Positions 26,809 to 37,267 of a DNA stretch of 64,000 bases are shown here, in pieces. The notes under the pieces are model-generated. The model saw nothing but the letters and a program-made list of their open reading frames with translations, searched no databases and had not been told where the DNA came from. The stretch lies in assembly GCA_965116355.1 (NCBI GenBank), contig OZ220679.1, positions 1,204,752 through 1,268,751 of the forward strand, read 5' to 3'. A program made the translations under genes and the position numbers. This stretch comes from Dehalococcoidia bacterium (GTDB lineage Bacteria; Chloroflexota; Dehalococcoidia; Lucifugimonadales; UBA1127). How positions within the stretch are numbered: the first letter of the stretch is position 1; every line of letters begins with the position of its first letter.

Positions 26809-28593
26809 ATGAGCCTGCTGGACGATGTCAAGGCCCGGCTGAACATCGTGGACGTGGTGTCCAACTACGTGCCGCTGACGCAGGCCGGGCGCGTGTTCAA
26901 GGCGCGATGCCCGTTCCACACGGAGCGCACGCCGTCCTTCGTCGTCAACCCGGAGCGCGGTTCGTGGCACTGCTTCGGCGCGTGCGCCGAGGGTGGCGAC
27001 GCCATCCGCTTCGTCATGAAGATGGAGAACCAGACCTTCAGCGAGGCGCTGCGCACCCTCGCCGTGCGCCTCGGCGTGCCCCTGCCGACGCCGAGGCAGC
27101 AGGCGCAGATGGACCCGCTCCTCCGCGCCAACCAGGAGGCCATGCGCTTCTTCCAGCGCCGGCTGCAGTCGGACGAGGGCGCCGGGGCGCTGGCCTACCT
27201 GCAGGACCGGGGCGTCGCGCCGGAGACTGCCGAGGCCTTTGGGCTCGGGCTGAGCCCGGACGGCGCCGACGAGCTGAAGGTGCACCTGCTGGGGCAGGGG
27301 TACACGGAGGAGCAGCTCCAGCGCGCGGGCCTCGTCACCCGGCCGCAGCAGGGCGGCTCCCGCGACCTCTTCCGCGGACGGCTCATGTTCCCCATCCGGG
27401 ACTCGAACGGCCGCGTCGTCGGCTTCGGCGGGCGCGAGCTCGACGGCAGCGTGCCCAAGTACCTGAACACGCCGCAGACGCCGCTCTTCGACAAGTCTGC
27501 GCTGCTGTGGGGGCTGGACGCCGCGAAGGAGAGCATCGCGCTGAAGGGCGAGGGCGTCGTCGTCGAGGGCTACATGGACGCGCTCATGGCCCACCAGCAG
27601 GGCTACACCAACGTGGTCGCCTCCATGGGCACCGCGCTGACCGACCGGCAGGTGTCGGCGCTGGCGCCCCTCGCCGGGCGCTTCGTGCTCGCGCTGGACA
27701 TGGACGCCGCTGGGCAGGACGCGACGATGCGCAGCCTCAAGACGTCGTGGGCCAAGGTGTCCGACGTCCGCATCGCGCTGCTGCCCGAGGGCAAGGACCC
27801 GGATGAGCTCATCCGCAACGCGCCCGAGCGTTGGCCGGAGGTGCTGGAGGCCGCCGAGCCCCGCGTCGATTTCGGCTTCCGGCTGCTGGCGGAGCGGTTC
27901 GACCTGGACACGAACGACGGCCGCCGGGCGCTGACCGAGGAGCTGGGCGGCTGGATCCTCTCGGCGGACGAGGCGGACCAGGACCGGTACATGGAGAAGC
28001 TGGAGGGCCTCATCGGCGTCAACCGCCAGACGCTGGAGCAGGTCCTGCAGCGCCAGCGCCGGGCGGCCCTCGAAGCCGCTGCGGGCACGGCGGGTCGGCG
28101 GGCGGCGCAACGGGCCTCGCCCTTCGACGACCCGGTCGAGGCGCCGGCCTCCGCCTTCGAGCGGATAGACCCGCTGGAGGCGTATCCCCTCACACTGCTC
28201 ATGCTCGACCCGACGCTCCGCGAGGCGGCGGAGGGGCTGCGGGCCGAGTTCTTCCGGCGGAGCGAGAACCGCGAAGTCTTCCAGAAATGGGCCGAATGTT
28301 CTACAATGGAAGAGTTGAAAGAAGACCTTGACGCCCTTCTGCAAGAGCACCTGGACGCCCTCCTCAGCCGCGAGATCCCAGTGATGGACAGCAAGCAACG
28401 CTCTCAGGCGTTGGCGCAGAGCATTCGACGGTTGGAGGAGCGGCAGCTCAGGGAGCTCCGGACCCAGCTGGGCGCATCGTTCTCGCAGGCCGAGGCGGAG
28501 GGCCGGGACACCGCGACGGAGGAGGAGGAGCTCCACCGGCAGGACGAGCGGTTCCGGGAGATCTTTACCGCCCGGGTACGCAGGGACATCTAG
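26809..28593 (+). CDS. dnaG: DNA primase
   Basis: [11 protein letters not shown]...CFGAC zinc finger, KYLNTP, VEGYMD, D.DAAG. Confidence 0.95.
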   Translation: MSLLDDVKARLNIVDVVSNYVPLTQAGRVFKARCPFHTERTPSFVVNPERGSWHCFGACAEGGDAIRFVMKMENQTFSEALRTLAVRLGVPLPTPRQQAQMDPLLRANQEAMRFFQRRLQSDEGAGALAYLQDRGVAPETAEAFGLGLSPDGADELKVHLLGQGYTEEQLQRAGLVTRPQQGGSRDLFRGRLMFPIRDSNGRVVGFGGRELDGSVPKYLNTPQTPLFDKSALLWGLDAAKESIALKGEGVVVEGYMDALMAHQQGYTNVVASMGTALTDRQVSALAPLAGRFVLALDMDAAGQDATMRSLKTSWAKVSDVRIALLPEGKDPDELIRNAPERWPEVLEAAEPRVDFGFRLLAERFDLDTNDGRRALTEELGGWILSADEADQDRYMEKLEGLIGVNRQTLEQVLQRQRRAALEAAAGTAGRRAAQRASPFDDPVEAPASAFERIDPLEAYPLTLLMLDPTLREAAEGLRAEFFRRSENREVFQKWAECSTMEELKEDLDALLQEHLDALLSREIPVMDSKQRSQALAQSIRRLEERQLRELRTQLGASFSQAEAEGRDTATEEEELHRQDERFREIFTARVRRDI

Positions 28594-28624
28594 CCGCCTG
28601 CGCAGCAGGCCCACTTGCCAGGAG

Positions 28625-30190
<1,566 letters not shown>

Positions 30191-30245
30191 GGGCCTCGCA
30201 GACCCCTTTCCCCGCCGAGGTGGAAGGCCGGGATGGGCCCCTCCC

Positions 30246-30809
30246 CTAAAAATACTTCTCAATGCCTCCGTAGCCGAGGAGCTTCCCCCGCTCCGTGGCC
30301 TTGATGAAGTTCTTGAGCCGGCTTTCGTACACCTCCGGAAGTGCCCTGGCGACGTCGATGTAGGCCACGCGGATCCGTTGGTATGCCGGGGAGAACCCCT
30401 GAAAGCGCTCCCACGCCTGTGCGTTTGCCCGCACCGCCGCCAGAATGTCCTCGGGAAACACAAACTCTTCCTTCAGCACGTCCTCCACCGCCTCCCGCAC
30501 CGAGGGGTGCAGCAGGCCTTCCCTGGCCAGCCAACGAAGCCGCTCCTTGTTCATCTGCGAGTAGCCGCTCCGGGGGTTCCTGGGGGTGAAGCGCTGGACG
30601 GCGCGCAGGCTGTCCAGCTTCTTGACGATGCTGTCTATCCAGCCGAAGCACAGCGCCTCCTCCACGGCGTCGTTGTAGAGGATGCGTGGCTCGCCGGACG
30701 CCTTGTTGGGATAGACCAGCCATATCTCCCTGGCGGCGTCGAAGTTCGCCTCCAGCCACGCGCGCCACGGTTGCCTGTCGACGAAGTAGAGCGTCTCCCC
30801 GATGTCCAT
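30246..30809 (-). CDS. YdeI/OmpD-associated family protein
   Basis: WRAWLEAN, YNDAVEEALCFGWIDS, RFTPR. Confidence 0.88.
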   Translation of the reverse strand: MDIGETLYFVDRQPWRAWLEANFDAAREIWLVYPNKASGEPRILYNDAVEEALCFGWIDSIVKKLDSLRAVQRFTPRNPRSGYSQMNKERLRWLAREGLLHPSVREAVEDVLKEEFVFPEDILAAVRANAQAWERFQGFSPAYQRIRVAYIDVARALPEVYESRLKNFIKATERGKLLGYGGIEKYF

Positions 30810-30889
30810 GGAGGTCTCCTTCCGATGCCGGGCCAGAGTAGCACCCCGCGCCCGTCGGCGCGAGGCGTCGGGCGCTCGGCTGCCCCTTT

Positions 30890-30916
30890 GTCATACCGGC
30901 GAAAGCCGGCATCCAG
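30890..30916. repeat. REP-like family B element
   Basis: GTCATACCGGCGAAAGCCGGCATCCAG; near-copy at 53757-53783. Confidence 0.75.
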
Positions 30917-30958
30917 CGCGCGGCTGTGCCCGCCCTCGCATTGGTGTACCATGCACCC

Positions 30959-32200
30959 ATGACTCCCGCCGACCCCAACACCCACCGCTTCGTCTCCCGC
31001 CTCCGCGAGGAAGTCGAGGCGTGGCAGCGCGACGGCACGGTCACCGCCGAGCAGGCGCAGGCCATCCTCGCCCGCTACCCGGACTACGAGCCGGGCTTCG
31101 AGGCGTCCCGCCGGCGGCAGGGGCTCGTCACCGGGCTGTCCATCCTTGGCGGTATCCTCATCGGGCTCGGCGTCATCACCTTCTACGCCGCCAACTGGGA
31201 CGAGATCTCGCGGAGCGTCAAGCTGGCGTCGCTCATCATCGGCGTGCTCCTCTCCTACGGCGCGGGCTACGCCATCTGGCAGCGGTCGGGCCCCACGCCG
31301 TACGCCGTCGCCTTCGTCCTGCTGGGCTGCATCGTCTACGGGGCTGGCGTCCACCTCATCGGCCAGATCTACCACGTCCCCGTCAACGACCCCAACCTCT
31401 CGCTGTTCTGGTTCCTCGGCGTCGCGCCGCTGGCCTACGTCACCCGCTCCCGGCCGGTCATGTTCCTCGCCATCGTGCTGTTCCTGGCCGCCGTTGGCTT
31501 CCGCCAGCAGGAATGGCTCGAGGGACTGGACGAGTCGGTGGCCGGCATCGCGGGCCTCATCCTCTACGTCGCGCTGGGGGCGTTCCTCTTCGCTATCGGC
31601 AAGGCAAAGGCTCAGTTGGACGGGTGGCAAGGCATCGGGGGCCTGTTCATGGCGATCGGCCTGGGCACGGCGTTTGCCGCCCTCTACGTGCTCACCTTCC
31701 GCGACGTGTTCGTCGACGTCGACAGCATCGGCGGCGCGAGCCTCGGCTACTGGGCGCTGGCCTGTAGCGCGTCGGTAGTCGCCGTCGCGTTGACGGCGTG
31801 GTTGGCGTGGCAGCGGGCCCAGGCCGGCGACAGGTTCCCGGTGGCGTTCGCCGAGACAGGTGCGGTCGCCGTCCTGCTTGTGACCGCGCTCGTGGCGGGA
31901 CTTGTCCCCGTCGACTGGGAGCCGCTCTACCCCATCGTGTTCAACGCGCTGTTCGCCCTCTTGGCGTTGGGGCTGATGGCCTCCGGCTACCTGCGCGACC
32001 ACGAGGCCCGCATCAACCTCTCCATCGGGCTGATCGCCGTCTACGTCATCACCCGCTACTTCGAGTACTCGATTGACCTGCTCGACAGTTCACTTGTGTT
32101 CTTCGGTGCGGGCGTGCTGCTGCTGGGCGGCGGCTACCTCCTCGACCGCGGCCGCCGCCGGATGCTCGCCGCCATGCGCGAGCGGGAGGGCGAGCCATGA
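30959..32200 (+). CDS. DUF2157 membrane protein
   Basis: GVITFYAANWDEI, LIGQIYHV; multi-TM. Confidence 0.85.
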   Translation: MTPADPNTHRFVSRLREEVEAWQRDGTVTAEQAQAILARYPDYEPGFEASRRRQGLVTGLSILGGILIGLGVITFYAANWDEISRSVKLASLIIGVLLSYGAGYAIWQRSGPTPYAVAFVLLGCIVYGAGVHLIGQIYHVPVNDPNLSLFWFLGVAPLAYVTRSRPVMFLAIVLFLAAVGFRQQEWLEGLDESVAGIAGLILYVALGAFLFAIGKAKAQLDGWQGIGGLFMAIGLGTAFAALYVLTFRDVFVDVDSIGGASLGYWALACSASVVAVALTAWLAWQRAQAGDRFPVAFAETGAVAVLLVTALVAGLVPVDWEPLYPIVFNALFALLALGLMASGYLRDHEARINLSIGLIAVYVITRYFEYSIDLLDSSLVFFGAGVLLLGGGYLLDRGRRRMLAAMREREGEP

Positions 32201-32706
32201 AGCCGTGGGTGCGCATCGCCTTCTGGGCCATCGTCGCCGCGCAGCTCGTCTTCCTGCTCGGCTTCATCGCCGTGCGTGAAGTCTCTCTCAGCGCCGGCAG
32301 GGAGGTCGTCTTGCAGACCGTCCCCGTCGACCCGCGCTCCCTGCTGCAGGGCGACTATGCCATCCTCGACTACGAGGTCGCGCAACTGCCTACGTCCATG
32401 CAAGACCTGCAGGAAGGTGAGACCGCTTGCGTTTTCTTGCGGGAGGGGCCGGACGTGTGGCGGGCATGGGGATGGCACGACGGAAGTTGCCCTGACATTG
32501 AGGATGTAGTCATCGAGGGCCGCGTGGACCGAGCCGGCCACCTCGACTTCGGCATCGGCACGTACTTCGTGCCGGAGGGCACCGGCTGGATCATTGAGAA
32601 CGCGGAGGACGTGAAGGTGGTCGTCAAGGTCGACGAGGACGGCAACGCCGTCATCAAGGAAGTCCTCGTGGACGGCGAGCCCTTTGACCCGGACGTTCGC
32701 GAGTAG
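32197..32706 (+). CDS. GDYXXLXY-domain protein
   Basis: PVDPRSLLQGDYAILDY, YFVPEG; ATGA-coupled to DUF2157. Confidence 0.88.
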   Translation: MKPWVRIAFWAIVAAQLVFLLGFIAVREVSLSAGREVVLQTVPVDPRSLLQGDYAILDYEVAQLPTSMQDLQEGETACVFLREGPDVWRAWGWHDGSCPDIEDVVIEGRVDRAGHLDFGIGTYFVPEGTGWIIENAEDVKVVVKVDEDGNAVIKEVLVDGEPFDPDVRE

Positions 32707-32904
32707 AGGCGGGTCGCGACCCGCCCGCCCCTGCCCCCGACCCGTTGCGCTGACGGCGCGGACCCCTCTACGCTCTCCGCATGGGCAGTGAATGCGGCGT
32801 GGAGGGTCGGGAGTGCGGCATCCGCAACCGGCCCGCGGCTCCCGATGCAGATACGATTCGTTTCGCAAAAAAAGTGCAGTTTTGTAGCTGGCTGCGTCCC
32901 AAAC

Positions 32905-32939
32905 AGCTACGAATCGATTTCGGTAATCGATTCGTAGCT
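32905..32939. repeat. Perfect 15-bp inverted repeat in an AT-rich intergenic patch
   Basis: AGCTACGAATCGATT-TCGGT-AATCGATTCGTAGCT. Confidence 0.85.
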
Positions 32940-32956
32940 CCCGGCCCCCCTCTTTC

Positions 32957-33062
32957 CGTTCACCCTGACCCCGTCCTGAGCTTGACGAAGGAGCCTGTCC
33001 TGAGGCTCTCGAAGGGGCCGCCCGGCCCCCGTTCGCCCTGAGGGAAATCGAAGGGTGAACGG
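32957..33062. repeat. REP-like family A cluster
   Basis: CCGTTCACCCTGA, GTCCTGAGCTTGACGAAGG, CCGTTCGCCCTGAGGGAAATCGAAGGGTGAACGG. Confidence 0.8.
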
Positions 33063-33066
33063 CCTG

Positions 33067-33924
33067 CTACTCCCCCACGCCGCGCTCGCCGAGCAGCCGA
33101 TGCAGCGCCTCCAGCGTGCGCCGGTTCTCTTGCAGCGTGAACCCGTCGACGCCGTACACCGGCGCGGACGCCACGCCGTCGACGGCCCCCCGGTCGACCA
33201 TCGCCCGGATGACGTCCTCCTCCTCGTCAGGCGAGGGCAGCAGGTTGCGCCCCGCCTGCAGCGACAGCGCCGCGACGAGCCCGTAGCCGCCCCAGTTAGA
33301 CACGCTGGCGATGATGAGCTCCGACACCGTCGTTACGCACGGCTCGTTGGGGAGCTGCTCGACCGACGGGATGTGCTCGGCCAGGTTGCCCATGCCGATC
33401 TCGTTGCCGCCGTCGCCAATGCCCACCGTCGCGCCATGGTGCATGAAGATGTAGTCCAGCTTTGCGTGGTTCTCGGAGGTGTCCTGGCCGCGCATGTTCA
33501 GGTAGCGGCCCGGCCCCGTGAACCCGCACCGCTCTATGGCGATGGCCACGGACGGCTGCAGCCGCGCCAGCAGGTCGACGGCGAAGGCCTCGCTCTCCCC
33601 GGCGTCGGCGAAAGGGAAGTCGACGACGGCGTCCGGCGGGACGAGTCCCTCGAAGACGGGTGTGGTCAGCCGGTCGGTCACGTATGTCACGGGCCGGCCG
33701 AGGGCCTCCAGCGCCTTGCCGATGAAGTACGCGCCCGGCGGGCCGTCGGTCTCCGTCGCCCCGGCGCGGGCGATGTAGAAGCCCGTCGCGATGAGCGCCC
33801 GGCCCGGCGGCGCGTCGAGGATGCAGCGGGCGGCGCGGGTGCAGTAGTCCTCGGGCAGGTGCGGCCGCAGGGGCGTCATGCCCCGCCTGTCGTACCGCAG
33901 GATGATGTCCTCGATCGTCGTCAT
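33067..33924 (-). CDS. DUF4392 protein (D-glutamate cyclase C-terminal-like domain)
   Basis: [14 protein letters not shown]...[27 protein letters not shown]. Confidence 0.85.
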   Translation of the reverse strand: MTTIEDIILRYDRRGMTPLRPHLPEDYCTRAARCILDAPPGRALIATGFYIARAGATETDGPPGAYFIGKALEALGRPVTYVTDRLTTPVFEGLVPPDAVVDFPFADAGESEAFAVDLLARLQPSVAIAIERCGFTGPGRYLNMRGQDTSENHAKLDYIFMHHGATVGIGDGGNEIGMGNLAEHIPSVEQLPNEPCVTTVSELIIASVSNWGGYGLVAALSLQAGRNLLPSPDEEEDVIRAMVDRGAVDGVASAPVYGVDGFTLQENRRTLEALHRLLGERGVGE

Positions 33925-34712
33925 AGCGCCGCCACGTCCTCGTCCCGCAGGTCCGTGATGAACATGTGCCCCGGCGCGTGGGTGATCATGAACGGCGGCT
34001 TCGAGGCGACGGCCACCGCCTGCGGCGTCACCCCGCACGCCCAGAACAACGGCGTCTCGCCGTCGAGGATGACGGGCGGGTCGCCGTAGTCGGGCGACGC
34101 GAGGTCGCGGATGCCGAGCGCCTCCGGCTCGCCGACGTGCACCGGCGCGCCGTGGGCGTTGGGGAAGCGCGAGGTCACCTGCACAGCCTTCACCACCTGC
34201 TCGCGCGGCACGGGCCGCATGGAGACGACAAGCGGCCCGGAGAACACCCCCGCGGGCGTCGTCGCCACGCTGGTCTTGTACATTGCAACGTTGCGCTCCG
34301 CCTCGACGTGGTGCAGCGGGATGCCGGACGACGCCAGCGCCGTCTCGAAGGTGAAGCTGCAGCCGATGAGGAAGGTGACGAGATCGTCGCGCCAGTAGTC
34401 CAGAACGTCCGGCACCGTGGCCTCGAGGGCGCCCTCCCGGTAGACGTTGTAGGCGGGCAGGTCGGTGCGGATGTCGGCGCCGGGGGCCGTCTGCGCGGGC
34501 TCGGGGACGCCCGCCTCCATCACCTCGATGAGCGGGCACGGGCGCGGGTTGCGCTGGCAGAAGAGCAGGAAGTCGAAGGCCTGCTCCCTCGGCAGCGAGA
34601 CGAGGTTGGCCTGCACCCGCCCCGGCGCGAGGCCCGCCGTGGGCCGCGTCCACGCGCCGCTGCGGATGCGCTCGCGCACGTCCCTCGGCGATTCCGGCAG
34701 CAGCGTCGTCAC
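33921..34712 (-). CDS. Putative hydro-lyase DUF1445 (D-glutamate cyclase family)
   Basis: [42 protein letters not shown]. Confidence 0.9.
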   Translation of the reverse strand: MTTLLPESPRDVRERIRSGAWTRPTAGLAPGRVQANLVSLPREQAFDFLLFCQRNPRPCPLIEVMEAGVPEPAQTAPGADIRTDLPAYNVYREGALEATVPDVLDYWRDDLVTFLIGCSFTFETALASSGIPLHHVEAERNVAMYKTSVATTPAGVFSGPLVVSMRPVPREQVVKAVQVTSRFPNAHGAPVHVGEPEALGIRDLASPDYGDPPVILDGETPLFWACGVTPQAVAVASKPPFMITHAPGHMFITDLRDEDVAAL

Positions 34713-34878
34713 GATGGGCGCTCCTTCCATGCCCTTCCAGAGTGCAGGGCATGATACTACACTACCACCGTGTCGCAAGGTACGGCGACGCTCCAGCGGT
34801 ACGCCCTGAGGCTCTCAAAGCCTATCCTGAATGTGACGGAGCGGGGCACATCACGGTTAGCGCCGTAAGGGAAAAAAG

Positions 34879-35730
34879 ATGCCGGAAGCGCCGGACCTCT
34901 ACGTCGTCCGCGAGTACCTGGAGCGCACGCTCACCGGGCTCTCGGTCGCGCGCGCCGATGTGCTGCGGCCCCTCGTCCTGCGCTCGCTCGCCGCGCCGCT
35001 GGAGCGATTCGGCGGCGACATCGAAGGCCGCACCCTCGACGGCTTCTGGCGGCGCGGCAAGTTCCTCGGCGTCGAGCTGTCCGGCGGCGTCGACGGCGGC
35101 CGGCGCACCCTCGTCGTCAACCCAATGCTCAGCGGCGCGCTGCAGCACTGCGACGCATCCGAGCGCGTCTCGGCCCGCACGTACCTGTCGCTGACGCTGT
35201 CCGACGGCTCGCAACTCCGCTACACCGACGACGACCAGATGGGCATGGTCTACTACCTGCTGCCGGAGCAGCTCGCGCAGGCCGCGCGCCTCGGCGAGCA
35301 GGGCCCGGACGTGCTGGACGAGCCCCTCGCGCTGCAGGCGTTCACGGAGCGGCTGCGGCCCTACCGGGGCGAGATCAAGGGCGTCCTGACGCGCGGCGGC
35401 GCCGTCTCCGGCATCGGCAACGCCTACGCCGACGAGGTCCTCTTCGCGGCGGGCATCTACCCCTTCAAGAAGCGCACGTCCCTCTCGCCCGCCGAGCTCG
35501 CCGCCCTCCACGACGCCGTCTACCGCGTCCCCGCCGAGGCCGTCCCCGTCCTCCGCCAGCGCATGGGCGCCGACATCCACCGCAAGGTCCGCGACCACCT
35601 CAAAGTCCACGGCCGCGGCAACGAGGCCTGCCCCTCCTGCGGCTCCAAGCTCACCCACATCACCAGCAACGGCCACCGCACGGACTACTGCCGCCAATGC
35701 CAACCCGGCAGCCTGCTGGGCCGGCGGTGA
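34879..35730 (+). CDS. Fpg/Nei-family DNA glycosylase
   Basis: N-terminal PE, RRGKFL, GIGNAYADEVL, C-terminal zinc finger CPSC...CRQCQP. Confidence 0.9.
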   Translation: MPEAPDLYVVREYLERTLTGLSVARADVLRPLVLRSLAAPLERFGGDIEGRTLDGFWRRGKFLGVELSGGVDGGRRTLVVNPMLSGALQHCDASERVSARTYLSLTLSDGSQLRYTDDDQMGMVYYLLPEQLAQAARLGEQGPDVLDEPLALQAFTERLRPYRGEIKGVLTRGGAVSGIGNAYADEVLFAAGIYPFKKRTSLSPAELAALHDAVYRVPAEAVPVLRQRMGADIHRKVRDHLKVHGRGNEACPSCGSKLTHITSNGHRTDYCRQCQPGSLLGRR

Positions 35731-35736
35731 GGGGAG

Positions 35737-36039
35737 CTAGGCTGACACCACAGCCTCGTCGTCAACCAGAGTCGCTAGTCCGCTGATGTCAGTCCCCGCA
35801 CGCGCGACTTCCAGGTCATACCTCTGTTGGAGGTTCATCCAGAACTCCGGCGTCATCCCCAAGGCACGGCCAAGGCGCAGTGCCGTATCCGCCGTGACGC
35901 CGCTTCGGCACCCTAGAAGCTCGCGCACCTCCGACGGCGGCACGCGCATTGCCCGCGCCAAGGCTTCGGGAGACGCCCGCAGACCCTCCAGGATTTCCGC
36001 CAGATGCTCGCCGGGATGAATAGGCTCGATACGCATCAT
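35737..36039 (-). CDS. HigA-family antitoxin/XRE regulator (no adjacent HigB)
   Basis: PIHPGEHL, VTADTALRLGRALG.TPEFWMNLQQRYDL. Confidence 0.85.
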   Translation of the reverse strand: MMRIEPIHPGEHLAEILEGLRASPEALARAMRVPPSEVRELLGCRSGVTADTALRLGRALGMTPEFWMNLQQRYDLEVARAGTDISGLATLVDDEAVVSA

Positions 36040-36172
36040 TGCTCTCCGCTTGTAGCAAGCCTTCCATCGTAGCCGACTGCTGCCCCTTCGCTCAATTGCC
36101 CCCACGTTTGCCCCTCCCCAACCCCCGCCCGTATAATGCCAGTCACACCCCATACAACGGAGACCCTCCCGC

Positions 36173-37243
36173 ATGACCACCGCACCCGAGATCCTGGGCA
36201 CGCTGCACAACATCCGCACCGTCGCCGTCGCCGAGCTGGACGGCGTCGAGGACGCCGACGCGCTCGAAGCGTGGCGCATCGCCTACCTCGGCCGCCGCGA
36301 GGGCCGCCTGACCCTCATCATGCGCACTCTGGCCTCGTTGGAGGCCGAGGAGCGGCGCAGCGTCGGCGTGCAGGCCAACGACGTCAAGGCGCTGCTGGAG
36401 TCGCAGTTCGCCGAGAAGACGGAGGCGCTCAAGTCGGCCAGGCTCGCGCAGGCCGCGCAGGAGGGCCGCCTCGACGTGACGCTGCCCGGACGCCGGCCCG
36501 CCCTCGGCCGGCTCCACCCCATCACCCAGACCATGCGGGAGATAACCCGCGCCTTCGTCTCGATGGGCTTCCAGGTCGTCGAGGGGCCGGAGGTGGAGCT
36601 TGACCACTACAACTTCGGCATGCTGAACATCCCCAAGGGCCACCCGGCGCGCGATATGTTCGACACGCTGTGGCTCGACCACACCAACGCCGACGGCGAG
36701 CGCGAGATGCTGCTGCGCACCCACACCTCGCCGATGCAGGCCCGCATCATGGAGGCGACGCAGCCCCCCGTGCGCGTCGTCGTGCCCGGCCGCGTCTACC
36801 GCTTCGAGGCGACGGACGCGACGCACGAGTGGCACTTCACGCAGGTGGAGGGCCTCGCCGTCGACCGGGGCATCACCTTCGCGAACCTGAAGGGCACGCT
36901 CTACGAGTTCGCGCGGCTGCTTTTCGGCTCCGAGCGGCGCGTCCGGTTCCGCTGCGACTTCTTCCCTTTCGTCGAACCGGGCGTCGACGTGGCCATCGAC
37001 TGCTTCAGTTGCGACGGCGCGGGCGCGCCCGACTGCCGCATCTGCCGTGGCAGCGGCTGGATCGAGATCATGGGCGCCGGCATGGTGCACCCGCGCGTGC
37101 TGGAGATGTCCGGCATAGACCACACGGAGTACACCGGCTTCGCCTTCGGCATGGGCGTGGAGCGCATCGCCATGCTCAAGCACGGCATCGACGACATCCG
37201 CTACTTCTACAGCAACGACGCCCGCTTCCTGCGGCAGTTCTAG
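36173..37243 (+). CDS. pheS: Phenylalanine-tRNA ligase alpha subunit
   Basis: HPARDM, LRTHTSP, FPFVEP, GFAFGMGVERIAML. Confidence 0.97.
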   Translation: MTTAPEILGTLHNIRTVAVAELDGVEDADALEAWRIAYLGRREGRLTLIMRTLASLEAEERRSVGVQANDVKALLESQFAEKTEALKSARLAQAAQEGRLDVTLPGRRPALGRLHPITQTMREITRAFVSMGFQVVEGPEVELDHYNFGMLNIPKGHPARDMFDTLWLDHTNADGEREMLLRTHTSPMQARIMEATQPPVRVVVPGRVYRFEATDATHEWHFTQVEGLAVDRGITFANLKGTLYEFARLLFGSERRVRFRCDFFPFVEPGVDVAIDCFSCDGAGAPDCRICRGSGWIEIMGAGMVHPRVLEMSGIDHTEYTGFAFGMGVERIAMLKHGIDDIRYFYSNDARFLRQF

Positions 37244-37267
37244 ACTCGCTTTGACCGGAGTGCACCC

